Positions 1-10,256 of a stretch of DNA of 64,000 bases are shown piece by piece (positions within the stretch are counted from its first letter, which is position 1; every line of letters begins with the position of its first letter). Both the position numbers and the translations under genes were made by a program. The notes under the pieces are model-generated. The model was not told the DNA's origin. It saw only the letters and a list, made by a program, of their open reading frames with translations, and made no database searches. This DNA comes from a bacterium (GTDB taxonomy: Bacteria > Patescibacteriota > Minisyncoccia > Phycocordibacterales > UBA5272), in the NCBI GenBank assembly GCA_027482685.1, contig JAIXVU010000002.1:19352-83351 (forward strand), read 5' to 3'.

Positions 1-407
1 GAATCAAGACGCTTGACTCTAACCATATGAACATCTTTTAGTTGTATACGATTACTTTCTTTTATTTCTAATAAGGAGTCATTACCTGTTATCGTTGCTT
101 CATACAAAGGAAGGTCTCCAGCATCTTCACCACAAGCGACTTGTAGACAGGTAACGTTTTTATTATTTTGGTATCTTTTTTGTAAATAATTAAAATTAGT
201 CGGGTTAGGTTCAAAAGCCCAAATATGGACATTTTTAAATTTGAGAAAAGACTGGATTTCATCGCCGTGCCAAGCACCAACAACAAGAATATTTATCTCA
301 TCATCTTTTCCTTTAGAAAGAATAGCAGGGAAATGGTCTTCAATATCTATCTGAAATAAGTGACCTCTATAAAAAGTTTTTCCTAAAAACGTTTGCTCTG
401 TATACAT
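1..407 (-). CDS. FkbM-family SAM methyltransferase (partial, runs off window start)
   Basis: Hand translation from ATG 407: MYTEQTFLGK...ILVVGAWHGDE...WAFEPNPTNF...VKRLDS, FkbM motifs; not in the ORF track. Confidence 0.8.
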   Translation of the reverse strand, partial: MYTEQTFLGKTFYRGHLFQIDIEDHFPAILSKGKDDEINILVVGAWHGDEIQSFLKFKNVHIWAFEPNPTNFNYLQKRYQNNKNVTCLQVACGEDAGDLPLYEATITGNDSLLEIKESNRIQLKDVHMVRVKRLD

Positions 408-410
408 AGT

Positions 411-1382
411 TTATCTTATACCTTTTGAGTATACCATTCTTATGGTGAGAATCAGTTTGTTTTTAAATTCATTAATTTTTATGATCCAGGAAGGTATAAT
501 TTTAGGGGTCGGATACCTGTATGTCTTTTCTTTGAAAAGCTCTTTTAGGGTTATATTATCCCATATATCAAGTGGCTCAAAATATTCAATTGAGTATTTT
601 TCAAACCAAGATAGAATTTCTTTAAATCGCCAGTCATTATGAATATGATAATCTGCAACTGACTCATCAACTATTGTAAAAGATTCAACTGCTGAAAGAT
701 TTTGTGTAGCAATCCCTTGTTTATCTTTTTGTATTTCATACGTCGCGTTAATTCTTACCGCACTCCTTGCACCTTTGATATGCTCTGAACACATGTACCA
801 TATTCGTTTAACCGAAGAACGTTCCGTGTTTAAAAATTGAAAGTGAATTACTGAGCCATCTTTCCTTGTAATGACCTTACGAAAGAGTGGATCACCAGGA
901 CTTCTACTTACTCCAAGAAAAGCATATGGGAAATCACTATGGACATCGTCACAGAAAATAAAACTTTTATTGATATTTTTATAGACTCCGTCCACTCTCT
1001 CAGTATTTTTATTACGAAAGAGGGTTACCCAATCTAACCAAAGACTCTGTCCAGGCTCAAGAGTGCTTATATTTTTTATAGCAGATACGTAAAAGTTATC
1101 GGAAAATATTTCGTCAGCATCCAGGCAAATAAAATGTGTTCCACCTTCTTTTCTGCCTTCTATTAAAAGGCGCTGACGTATGCTATGTTCTGCCCAGCCT
1201 GATTCTGTTGTGTAATCTTCGCTAATTATTTTTGCACCAGCTTCTTCTAAGATTTTTCTACTTAAGTCAGTAGAATAGTCATCATACGCAATTATATGAC
1301 TAGTTACTTTTTTAATGCTCGCAATATACTCTTTTATCACCCATTCTTCATTTTTAAAAGGGAGAAGCGCTATTATCTTCAT
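411..1382 (-). CDS. Glycosyltransferase family 2
   Basis: N-terminal PFKNEE, DDYSTD and LDADE (DxD) motifs. Confidence 0.85.
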   Translation of the reverse strand: MKIIALLPFKNEEWVIKEYIASIKKVTSHIIAYDDYSTDLSRKILEEAGAKIISEDYTTESGWAEHSIRQRLLIEGRKEGGTHFICLDADEIFSDNFYVSAIKNISTLEPGQSLWLDWVTLFRNKNTERVDGVYKNINKSFIFCDDVHSDFPYAFLGVSRSPGDPLFRKVITRKDGSVIHFQFLNTERSSVKRIWYMCSEHIKGARSAVRINATYEIQKDKQGIATQNLSAVESFTIVDESVADYHIHNDWRFKEILSWFEKYSIEYFEPLDIWDNITLKELFKEKTYRYPTPKIIPSWIIKINEFKNKLILTIRMVYSKGIR

Positions 1383-1389
1383 AGTATTC

Positions 1390-2334
1390 TTAGTTTTCTT
1401 TGTCTATCCAAGCATATAAGGTCTCCTTATCTAGTACTACAGTATACTCTGGGACAATTTCTTTTACTAAACCGAAAAGTACCTCTCGGTCATCTGGCAA
1501 GTGGTACGTTCGCAGAGCAAGTTTTGGTCTATACTTCTTAAGCGTCTCTCTTGCTCCTTTCAACAAATCTCGCTCAGCTCCCTCAATGTCCGCTTTAATA
1601 AAATCAACTTTAGTAATATTATTTTTTTTCACAAATTCATCGAGTGTTATTTGTTCTAATTGAATGGTTGTGTCACCTTCACTATGAAGTTTTGTGGAAG
1701 CACCGTTATAATTAGATTTTAGATTATAAAAGAAATCAACACTCTTATTTGTTTCTCCAAGGAGGTAATTTTCAATACGAATATTTTTACAATCATTTCG
1801 TCTACTGTTCTTTTCAAGTATAGAGCTAATTTCTTTCATTGGCTCAAAGGCTATTACTTGACCAGTTTTTCCAATTTTTTTACTTGCAACAACTGAGAAC
1901 ATTCCAATATTTGCACCAGCATCAATAACGCAGTCTCTCTCGGTTAACCTTACTCCGAAATTTTCATATTGCCCTTCTGACTGATAATATGGGTTATCAT
2001 ATACAAGAGCTTGGATACGACTATCTCTAATATCTAGCTTAGGGTAAATGATATCAAAGAAGTCACCCTCGTAGAAACAACCAGGAGGAAAGAGAAGATT
2101 AACCATAGGAGTGGTTAGAAGTAAACCATCTTTTTCCTTCTCAAGTTTGATCTCTTTGATATTGCTTGTGATTGCCCTAAAGAACGTATGTTCGCCAAAG
2201 ATCTTTTCTCGAATTGATCCGGGGATTAAGAATACAATATTGAACCCCTTATCCAAATGTTTTAGATAGTAAACACGCTGAGCTATTCCCCTTGACATTC
2301 CTCTTAATTTTTTAGTAATAGTACGTACGTTCAT
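1390..2334 (-). CDS. FkbM-family methyltransferase
   Basis: VIDAGANIG, AFEP and IKADIEGAE motifs. Confidence 0.9.
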   Translation of the reverse strand: MNVRTITKKLRGMSRGIAQRVYYLKHLDKGFNIVFLIPGSIREKIFGEHTFFRAITSNIKEIKLEKEKDGLLLTTPMVNLLFPPGCFYEGDFFDIIYPKLDIRDSRIQALVYDNPYYQSEGQYENFGVRLTERDCVIDAGANIGMFSVVASKKIGKTGQVIAFEPMKEISSILEKNSRRNDCKNIRIENYLLGETNKSVDFFYNLKSNYNGASTKLHSEGDTTIQLEQITLDEFVKKNNITKVDFIKADIEGAERDLLKGARETLKKYRPKLALRTYHLPDDREVLFGLVKEIVPEYTVVLDKETLYAWIDKEN

Positions 2335-2349
2335 GATCGTATGCGGTCT

Positions 2350-3108
2350 TTATTGGTACTCAAAATTTTCACGTGCATAAACAAAAGCGTTTCCTGGAAG
2401 TCCAAAAACAGGGAAAGGGGTAAGATACCCATTACTCCCTTTGTTAAACTCATTAATTGCTTTTATAACACCTTTTTCCGGATGTCCATAAAATGACCAC
2501 ATATCATCAAATCTAAAGTATGTTCCACTTGCAAGAGAGTCTTGTAGCCAATTAAACACAGTTACTGTTGATGAATAGTAATCTGCATCCATATTTACAA
2601 TCGCAGGCACATATTTTCTATAATCATCTTTAAGTTTTTGCGTAAGAGAGTTTTCAAAGAAACCTTCTACAAGATGAACATTTTCAGGGGGGAAGCCTAC
2701 TTCTTTAATCATATCCAGAACAACTTCTTTTCCGTACACGAATGTACCTTTTTGCCAATCAGTTCGCTTGTCGGCTTCTTCGGCTTCAGGCAATCCTTGA
2801 AAACTATCAAATCCGAAAATATGATATTTTTTTATGTCGACTCCGTAATCTTTACAAAATTTTTGAAGAGCAAGGATATAAATCTTCATAGAGCCTCCAC
2901 TGGCAACGCCGAATTCATAGTAGTTATATTGAGGTGCAAAATCAGGGTTGTCGTGCTGGTATTTTAAACAGTTATAAAACCAGTTGAACATATTATCCCT
3001 CCGTTCATACTGGAACATGAAAAGACCTATAGTTTTATCAAGTATTAATTCAACAACAACGCGAAATTGATAATATTTGGAGGCTTTTAAGTTACGAAGA
3101 AATGTCAT
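2350..3108 (-). CDS. TylF/MycF/NovP-type sugar O-methyltransferase
   Basis: YEFGVASGGS, GFDSFQGLP, EGFFENSL, DADYYSST and FDD motifs. Confidence 0.85.
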   Translation of the reverse strand: MTFLRNLKASKYYQFRVVVELILDKTIGLFMFQYERRDNMFNWFYNCLKYQHDNPDFAPQYNYYEFGVASGGSMKIYILALQKFCKDYGVDIKKYHIFGFDSFQGLPEAEEADKRTDWQKGTFVYGKEVVLDMIKEVGFPPENVHLVEGFFENSLTQKLKDDYRKYVPAIVNMDADYYSSTVTVFNWLQDSLASGTYFRFDDMWSFYGHPEKGVIKAINEFNKGSNGYLTPFPVFGLPGNAFVYARENFEYQ

Positions 3109-3253
3109 ATCTAAACAATAGAATAGCTATATATAATTGTTTTAGTATACATGTAAGTGAGGTATTATACAACGGCAGATTACAACCAGTCATATCGAAA
3201 AAGCCTTTAGCCGGTAAGCTTTAAAAGGAATTTTTTATTAGAAACACTTTTTA

Positions 3254-4192
3254 TTACGGCACAATTTCTGCGATAATTTGATTGAGATAATTTTCATCAA
3301 GACAGTCGTCTGGATTTCGTTCATTGATTTCATTAAAGTACTTATATGAAACTCTTGTGAGACGTGTTTCTTTTCTAAGGAACATTTCATACTCCATATC
3401 GATATGACCAATGTCTATTACACGATAACCTTCTTTAAATAGGTCATAGGTCAATACTTTTGCTGCTGGACCAAGAGAAATAAGAATAAGTTTATCTTTA
3501 TCAAGTCTAAGTGCCTCTTTTTTAATCTCACTATATTTTGCATAAGCATTCTCAGGTGGACAAAGTATACGTTTGATTGATTTTACTTGAGAAAATATAT
3601 CATTACCAACACCTATTCGGCTTTTTGATCCTTCAATTAGAACAACGTCTTTGTTTTCCCAAATTTTGAAAAGCTTCTTGAAAAAATGACCATTACCCGC
3701 CTTATCCTTAAATGCAAGATATGGCCTAGATATATGAGTGTCACCATAAACGATATCTTTTTTTGTGAGAGCTTTCCATACATGACCATTTCGATAGAGG
3801 TGATGCATGTAGAACCAGTAAGCAACTGTATCAAAATCTTCAATGCCTCTCCATATACCAGGTATACAGACAAGCAAACCTTTCTCATTTGTTTGAATTA
3901 TTTCTTCAAGTCTTTTTGTAAGGTCATTTTGATTTTTTTGGAATGCAGTTGCTCCGCCGTCGAGCATATAAATTTCACCATCGCCGAAACGAACAACAGA
4001 TAGATTTTCTTTAATGATTAGATCTATTGTATCAGAGATAGATAAAACATTCGGTACGTTTTTGTTTTTTAAAACGTACTTGTTAGACATGTACAAAATA
4101 TAAGCAACTACAGGTCCAATCTTCTGTCGTAATGTCAGGGGGGTTATTGATCGTATTTTTTTGACGATAGTCTGATAGATAGTTGTTCTCAT
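3254..4192 (-). CDS. GT-D fold (DUF1792) glycosyltransferase
   Basis: SVVRFGDGE, ISRPY, SLGPAAKVL and IDIGHIDMEYE motifs. Confidence 0.9.
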   Translation of the reverse strand: MRTTIYQTIVKKIRSITPLTLRQKIGPVVAYILYMSNKYVLKNKNVPNVLSISDTIDLIIKENLSVVRFGDGEIYMLDGGATAFQKNQNDLTKRLEEIIQTNEKGLLVCIPGIWRGIEDFDTVAYWFYMHHLYRNGHVWKALTKKDIVYGDTHISRPYLAFKDKAGNGHFFKKLFKIWENKDVVLIEGSKSRIGVGNDIFSQVKSIKRILCPPENAYAKYSEIKKEALRLDKDKLILISLGPAAKVLTYDLFKEGYRVIDIGHIDMEYEMFLRKETRLTRVSYKYFNEINERNPDDCLDENYLNQIIAEIVP

Positions 4193-4194
4193 TA

Positions 4195-5082
4195 TTAGTG
4201 TTTTCTTATACCGAGTTTAAACAGTATACGTTTGACAAAATTTTTTAAAGATATAATGTAGTTCTGTTTGAGGAAATGCCACTTCATTTTTTCTTCTGAA
4301 AGCGAGAGATTATATAAATCACTGATCCAAAGTGCAATCTTCATAGTAGATTCTTGGCGTTTTGCAACAGTTTCAAAGCCAGGGCATATATCCCAGCGCA
4401 TATTGTCGTTTCTAGTTTTCACTATTGGTTTTGCAATAAGTACAACTTTTTCCTCTTTGAACGCACTTAGTAAAATAAAAAGATGTACAGCTTGACTATC
4501 GAAGTATTTTTCTTTTTCTTTAAAATTCATCCAAATATCTCTTTTAAATATTTGCATTGATATGCCACCAAAATTCCCTACAAGATCAGTGTAATCTTTA
4601 ATTGACCTAACAAATTCCCCCAACGTATCATAAGTGACATTGTGTGTAATCTTCCTGTTAGGAGAAGACATTATTGGGTGAATAAGATCATGATCGTACC
4701 CCCAACAATTTGCTATGTAATAAGGACTTTTATGTTGCTTGAGCTCCTCAAGAAGATGGTTGATGCTATCTGGGAACAGTCCATCATCATCACCTAATGT
4801 TAAACAGTATTCGCCGGAGCTCTTGTCTACAACCTGCACCAGATTTCTGTCAAATCCAATGTTTTGAGAATTTTTATAATAATGTATGTTGGTAAAGTTA
4901 GCCTGAAATTCCTTAACTACATTTTCGGTTGCATCAATGCTTGCGTTATCTGAAATAACAATTTCAACATTGTTAAGAATAAATGGGTCTTTACACTGGG
5001 AAGTAATGGTGTTTAGACATTGCTTCAAACAGTCAGCTCTGTTATACGTTGGTATACAAATACTTAGAAGTGGTGCGTGCAT
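4195..5082 (-). CDS. GT2 glycosyltransferase, RfbV/abequosyltransferase-like
   Basis: LSICIPTYNR, SDNAS, NIGFDRN and GDDD motifs; next to 3,6-dideoxyhexose genes. Confidence 0.8.
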   Translation of the reverse strand: MHAPLLSICIPTYNRADCLKQCLNTITSQCKDPFILNNVEIVISDNASIDATENVVKEFQANFTNIHYYKNSQNIGFDRNLVQVVDKSSGEYCLTLGDDDGLFPDSINHLLEELKQHKSPYYIANCWGYDHDLIHPIMSSPNRKITHNVTYDTLGEFVRSIKDYTDLVGNFGGISMQIFKRDIWMNFKEKEKYFDSQAVHLFILLSAFKEEKVVLIAKPIVKTRNDNMRWDICPGFETVAKRQESTMKIALWISDLYNLSLSEEKMKWHFLKQNYIISLKNFVKRILFKLGIRKH

Positions 5083-5113
5083 AACAGTTTTAGATATTTA
5101 AGTATACCATAAT

Positions 5114-6418
5114 TTAGAGACCTCCTCGTATGGTGTTTAGCATGACTTTTCTTGATTTTTTAAATAAAAATAAAGCTCCAAGCGGGATAAAGTAAGATAT
5201 AAGACTGGCAAATGCTGCGCCGACCATGCCAAAAATGGGTATGAAGAAATAGTTTAAAATAATATTCGTAATCATACCTAAAAAGCTTGTTATTGAAATG
5301 ATTTTTGTCATATTTTCAGAAACTAATATCTGATGACTTAAAGAATTAAGTATTCCTCCAACATTACTCCATACGTACACTTGTAAAACGGTATACGCTC
5401 CAATAAAACTTGACCCGAATATAAGTAATATAAAGTCTTTTGAGAATAAGCTTGTAATAAGTGCTGTTCCCGCAGATATTGCAAAAACTAATAAGTATAA
5501 TTTTTTTATTCTCGCATAATATAATTGCTCTGAAACTTTTTTTGCATTAACAATTGCTGGAAATAGACTTGACGTAACTATTGCTGGAATGACATACCAG
5601 ATTTCAGAGATCGATACAGCCGAGCTATAAAGCCCAACCGAAGTGGCATCCATCATGTTTTTAATCATCACCTGATCTATTCTTGCATAAATAGTAACAA
5701 AAGCAGAAGCAAAGATTAAAGGGAATGAGTCTTTGATTATTCCGAGCGCGATTACCTTATCGAATTTCAATCGGCGGACAGTGCCATAGAATTTGGTTCG
5801 AATATACAAATATCCAAGCATGTATAGCACTGCTTCAAGTAATACGATACACGCCAGAAAGATAACACCTTTATCTAAGATAGTTGTTGTTATTTTTAAT
5901 ATATTTAAAATTATTGTAACACCAAGAACAAGCAGGTAGGGGTATTTCTGCTGAACATTTGCCTGAAATTCATAACTAATTAAATTAAAAGAGTTAAAGA
6001 CAAAACCCAAGCTTATAATAAAAATCAGAAATAAAGAAACATCTTTATCAGACAGTAGAACAGCAAAAAGCAGACAAAGCCCGATCGTTAGTAGTGAAGC
6101 TACGAAACGAAGACCAATAGCGGAACCAAGATATTCATTTCTTTTTTCTGGAAATCTAACCAAATCTCTATAGAGCACTTGGTCAATTCCAAGCGCTGCT
6201 ACGAAACTAAACAACCCAACGAAACTTATCGCATAGCTTAACTGTCCATAGTTTGTTGGACCAAGATGCCTAGCTACATAAAGCATGGTAATTAAAGAAA
6301 TTACCATGCTTGCGATTTTTGCGAAGAACATCCATCCCATGTTTTTTGTATGTTTCTTAACACCGGGATGGGATGTTTTTTCTTGTATGTAGCCGACGGT
6401 TTTTTCGAAGTAGTCCAT
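5114..6418 (-). CDS. wzx: Wzx-type oligosaccharide flippase
   Basis: Multi-TM protein with ARHLGPTNYG, RIDQVMI, VGLYSSA and GAAFASLIS. Confidence 0.9.
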   Translation of the reverse strand: MDYFEKTVGYIQEKTSHPGVKKHTKNMGWMFFAKIASMVISLITMLYVARHLGPTNYGQLSYAISFVGLFSFVAALGIDQVLYRDLVRFPEKRNEYLGSAIGLRFVASLLTIGLCLLFAVLLSDKDVSLFLIFIISLGFVFNSFNLISYEFQANVQQKYPYLLVLGVTIILNILKITTTILDKGVIFLACIVLLEAVLYMLGYLYIRTKFYGTVRRLKFDKVIALGIIKDSFPLIFASAFVTIYARIDQVMIKNMMDATSVGLYSSAVSISEIWYVIPAIVTSSLFPAIVNAKKVSEQLYYARIKKLYLLVFAISAGTALITSLFSKDFILLIFGSSFIGAYTVLQVYVWSNVGGILNSLSHQILVSENMTKIISITSFLGMITNIILNYFFIPIFGMVGAAFASLISYFIPLGALFLFKKSRKVMLNTIRGGL

Positions 6419-6493
6419 ATTACCAGTATACCTTATACCTTATGTGCTACATTTTATTTTATAGAAACACACTTCTGAATAATTTTGTTTAGG

Positions 6494-7720
6494 CTACTTC
6501 TCGTAGCGTAACAAAAATTCATCAATCTTACTTTTCAGGTAGTTTATCTGATCTGTATCTAATCCATGATGGCAAGCAAGCACAAATGCATTTTTCATTA
6601 TCGTGTCGGTGTTTGGGAATGCCTTACTTATTTTCCTGTTAACAATTTTTTTGAATCCTGGTTGCTTGAGAATATTGCCTGCAAATACTGGGCGTGTCTG
6701 GATATTATTATCTTCAAGGAAGGTGACAATTTCTAAGCGTGTAAAAGGTGACTTTGGTTTAATGATAATAGGAAAGGCTAACCATGCAGTTTCTGTATTT
6801 GGTGTCTGTGTTGGGAGGATAAAATATTTTTCCTTGGCTGAAATAAATTCTGTTAACATAGTAAAGTTCTTCCTTCTTTTTTCTAAAAATCCTGGAAGTC
6901 TTTTCATTTGCGTAAGAGCAAACGCTGATGAAATTTCAAGTGGAAGAAAGTTATAACCCACCTCGCTAAAAATAAATTTGTTATCGTACGGAATACCATT
7001 CAACTTAAAGTTGAAGCGATTTTTTAGAAGTTCTGAGTTTGCTTTTTCACCGTAGAGTGATGATTGGCGACCCCATCCACGGAGTACTTTTAGACGAGAC
7101 TCCCATTTTGGGTCATTTACCATAATCATTCCTCCACCACCGGCACCGTTAATGATGTGTGATCCATAGAAACTTGTTATAGAGATATCTGAGTATTTAC
7201 CGGTTGGGTTACCGTGAAATGTTCCACCTAACGTATCGCAAGAGTCTTCGATAAAACACAACTTATGTTTTTTAGCAATTTTTGCAAGAGCTTGCATATC
7301 AGGGATATTGCCCATTAGTGACGGAATCATGAGAGCTTTTGTTTTCTTTGTGATAGCTTTCTCTACTTGTTCCAGGTTAACAAGGTATGTTGTTGGGTCT
7401 ACGTCAACAAATACAGGGATAAGTCCTTTTTGCACAATAGGAGACACAACAGTTGCAAATGTAAGAGCTGGGGTTATAACCTCAGAACCTTTGGGAAGAT
7501 TAAGGAGTTCAAAGGCAAGTAGATTAGCAGATGAACCGGAGTTAACCATAACACCATATTTTTTACCAAACATTTTTGCAACCTTTGCCTCAAATTCTAT
7601 AGTTTTATCTCCAAGAGCAGTATTTCCTCTTAGCACCTCAACAACCGCGGCGATCTCTTCTTCTCCGTGGACCGAAAAACCGTACGGGACTCTTAGCTTT
7701 TCTTGCTTTGCTTTAGGCAT
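6494..7720 (-). CDS. rfbH: RfbH/DdhC-like NDP-4-keto-6-deoxyhexose 3-dehydratase (DegT family, His in place of catalytic Lys)
   Basis: VNSGSSANLLA, EDSCDTLG, SFYGSH, GWGR, YDNKF and TRPVFAGNI. Confidence 0.8.
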   Translation of the reverse strand: MPKAKQEKLRVPYGFSVHGEEEIAAVVEVLRGNTALGDKTIEFEAKVAKMFGKKYGVMVNSGSSANLLAFELLNLPKGSEVITPALTFATVVSPIVQKGLIPVFVDVDPTTYLVNLEQVEKAITKKTKALMIPSLMGNIPDMQALAKIAKKHKLCFIEDSCDTLGGTFHGNPTGKYSDISITSFYGSHIINGAGGGGMIMVNDPKWESRLKVLRGWGRQSSLYGEKANSELLKNRFNFKLNGIPYDNKFIFSEVGYNFLPLEISSAFALTQMKRLPGFLEKRRKNFTMLTEFISAKEKYFILPTQTPNTETAWLAFPIIIKPKSPFTRLEIVTFLEDNNIQTRPVFAGNILKQPGFKKIVNRKISKAFPNTDTIMKNAFVLACHHGLDTDQINYLKSKIDEFLLRYEK

Positions 7721-8113
7721 ATGTTATTGTGGTTAATTAATTTTTCTGACTGAATCTGCTTTGATAAATGTGTCTATTAAATATATCAGATGTGGCGGCA
7801 TTTTCAAACTCGAGCTATTACTAGTGATGTAGTCTTTGAGAATCTTAGTGGAGCTTTAGTGCTGTGTAAATATAAAAGAATTTCTTGGGTTTCCTTTTTT
7901 CAACAATGAGAGGCGAGCGAGTGCGGAAACTAATAAGGATATAAAGAAAGGATTTTGACTTTTTATAATTCTACAATTCAAATAAATTAGAGACCCCCTC
8001 AAGCAATTTCTGTTTGAGGGGGTTATATTTTCATTCTATAAATTCACTGGAGTGATTATTTTAAGGAAGGAGAAAGGGTACAGAAATTAATAGAGGATAC
8101 AAGAAAATACTGT

Positions 8114-8203
8114 TTGACTAATTAGATTAATTGTGTTAGTGTTTTTTTAGATAGGCTGTTCTTTTAGTTGACGCCGTCAACAGAACACTTGTCGTTTAAG
8201 GAG
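8114..8203 (+). promoter_or_regulatory. Sigma70 promoter, boxA-like motif and SD of orphan gene
   Basis: TTGACT 8114-19, 17-bp spacer, TAGTGT 8137-42, TGTTCTTTTAG 8157-67, AAGGAG 8198-8203. Confidence 0.6.
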
Positions 8204-8211
8204 AAATATCG

Positions 8212-8970
8212 ATGACCGCTTATGTGGTTGACCCCCTTAGCTATGCACGGGCAAGCTCGCTCGTGCTAGTGGACGCTCGTCCGAAGACCGACATTGTGTT
8301 CATTCATGGCTCACCAGCTGCGAATGATGCGATTGATGCTGAGCTTCTGAAGCTTGCTGTCGATATGGTTCGTACGCAAGAGACGGAGAAACTCGTCATC
8401 AACGGCCTCACAGATGAAGCGTGCTGGCCAAACGGACAGCGGTTGGCGTACCCCGGGTGTAATACCTGGGGGCGTACGTTGCAAGGGCTTGGATTCTCTG
8501 AGTTCTTGAAGATTCCGCCGTCTAAGCACACTGCTGCGGAGAGCGATAACCTGATCAAGCTCGCAGCCGAGATGGGCTGGAAGAAGCTCGTCATCATGAG
8601 TTACCCCCACCACATCTTGCGGTGCATGCTTCAGATGGTCTTCTGTCTCAAGCGTGCAGGGTCAGACCTCAAGGTTTACACTCGTACGCTCCCATCTGTC
8701 AACTGGCAGATGGTCGCCGAGAAGGGGGTGCTTGGGAAGGCGCCTTTCCGAGGCACACTGGTTGATGCCCACATTCGTGAGGAGTATGAACGTTTGATCA
8801 GTTACGCAGATCGCGCTTGTTTCGAAACTCCAGACGGTCGAATGGTCTCTGAGGAGGAAGCTGGGTCAAATGACAAACGAAAGTACACCCCGCACGCAAC
8901 GCTCGAAGAACTGATCGACTACTACAAGCAGCGCGACGATCAAGGTATTCCAGATCATTTCCCTGGTTGA
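8212..8970 (+). CDS. YdcF/DUF218-like protein (GC-rich orphan)
   Basis: SKHTAAESDNL...LVIMSYPHHILR resembles the DUF218 S.xT.EN...VTS..H..R motif; strong SD. Confidence 0.6.
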   Translation: MTAYVVDPLSYARASSLVLVDARPKTDIVFIHGSPAANDAIDAELLKLAVDMVRTQETEKLVINGLTDEACWPNGQRLAYPGCNTWGRTLQGLGFSEFLKIPPSKHTAAESDNLIKLAAEMGWKKLVIMSYPHHILRCMLQMVFCLKRAGSDLKVYTRTLPSVNWQMVAEKGVLGKAPFRGTLVDAHIREEYERLISYADRACFETPDGRMVSEEEAGSNDKRKYTPHATLEELIDYYKQRDDQGIPDHFPG

Positions 8971-8991
8971 AGTCATACACCGCTACCCCAT

Positions 8992-9024
8992 AAGCCCTCC
9001 AGACTCAGGCCTGGAGGGCTTTTT
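8992..9024 (+). terminator. Intrinsic terminator
   Basis: AAGCCCTCCAG...CTGGAGGGCTT followed by a T-tract after the stop. Confidence 0.8.
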
Positions 9025-9185
9025 CTTTTGTGAAAAGGATAGAATATACGATTATAATTCATACTCTATGAAGATCATTTTTGGGTTGTTATTACACTAT
9101 TTTTTCTGTATAATGGTAATAATTGAAAAATCTCTGATAAAGCCATTTGTGTTGGTATGCTAAAGGTTTTTGAAAGGCTAAACGC

Positions 9186-10253
9186 ATGAAAAATTTTTAT
9201 AAAAATAAAAAAGTTCTCATTACAGGCCATACAGGCTTCAAAGGTTCATGGCTTACACAAGTGCTCCTTAATTGGGAGGCAGAAGTTGTCGGTGTATCAC
9301 TAGCTCCAAATACAGAACCTAACCTTTTTGAAATTTTAGGACTAAAAGCAAAAATAAAAAACTATTTTTCTGATATTAGAAATTTAGAAGCAATGAAGAA
9401 AATTTTTATAGACGAAAAGCCAGAGATAGTATTTCATCTCGCCGCTCAACCGATTGTGAGGTTAAGTTATGATGATCCACTCGGAACACTTTCAACCAAT
9501 ATTATGGGAACAGCCAATATTCTTGAGGTGTGTAAAGAGGCTACGTCAGTTAAATCAGTTGTCATTATCACAACTGATAAAGTATACGAAAATAAAGAGT
9601 GGCACTACGCATATCGCGAGAATGATCCGCTTGGTGGGCACGATCCATATAGTTCTAGCAAAGCTGCTGCCGATATCGTAACCAACTCATACATTCAGTC
9701 ATTCTTTAATCCAGAAGACTTCGGCACGAAACATAACGCACTCGTAGCTATTGCTCGTGCGGGGAATGTTATAGGGGGAGGCGATTGGGCGGAGTATCGT
9801 CTCATTCCGGATGTTATTAAAGCTATCTACCATACAGACACCCATGTCGAGATACGTAATCCGGAAGCAGTTCGCCCATGGCAGCATGTCCTTGAGCCGC
9901 TCTCAGGGTATCTTATGCTCGCAGAAGAGCTTTATAATAAAAAGAAAGAACTTTCAGGCGCATGGAATTTCGGACCTAATAACGATAGTTTCGTTAGTGT
10001 ACGAGTGCTCGCCGAAGGCGCAAAAGAAATTTTGGGTAAAGGGGAATACAAAATTAATCCAGATACCACCAAACATGAGGCGAATCTTCTCAAGCTCGAT
10101 ATCAATAAAGCTATAGCAGTACTTGGCTGGAAGCCGCTACTATCATTTAAAGAAACACTCGATCTTACATTTAATTGGTATAAGAATTATTATGAAAATG
10201 GTGAAGATATAGTAGAATACACCAATAAGCAGATTAATTCCTTTCTCAAATAA
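9186..10253 (+). CDS. rfbG: CDP-glucose 4,6-dehydratase
   Basis: LITGHTGFKGSWL, HLAAQP, TTDKVY, YSSSK, RAGNVIGGGDW and RPWQHVLEP. Confidence 0.95.
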   Translation: MKNFYKNKKVLITGHTGFKGSWLTQVLLNWEAEVVGVSLAPNTEPNLFEILGLKAKIKNYFSDIRNLEAMKKIFIDEKPEIVFHLAAQPIVRLSYDDPLGTLSTNIMGTANILEVCKEATSVKSVVIITTDKVYENKEWHYAYRENDPLGGHDPYSSSKAAADIVTNSYIQSFFNPEDFGTKHNALVAIARAGNVIGGGDWAEYRLIPDVIKAIYHTDTHVEIRNPEAVRPWQHVLEPLSGYLMLAEELYNKKKELSGAWNFGPNNDSFVSVRVLAEGAKEILGKGEYKINPDTTKHEANLLKLDINKAIAVLGWKPLLSFKETLDLTFNWYKNYYENGEDIVEYTNKQINSFLK

Positions 10254-10256
10254 CGT

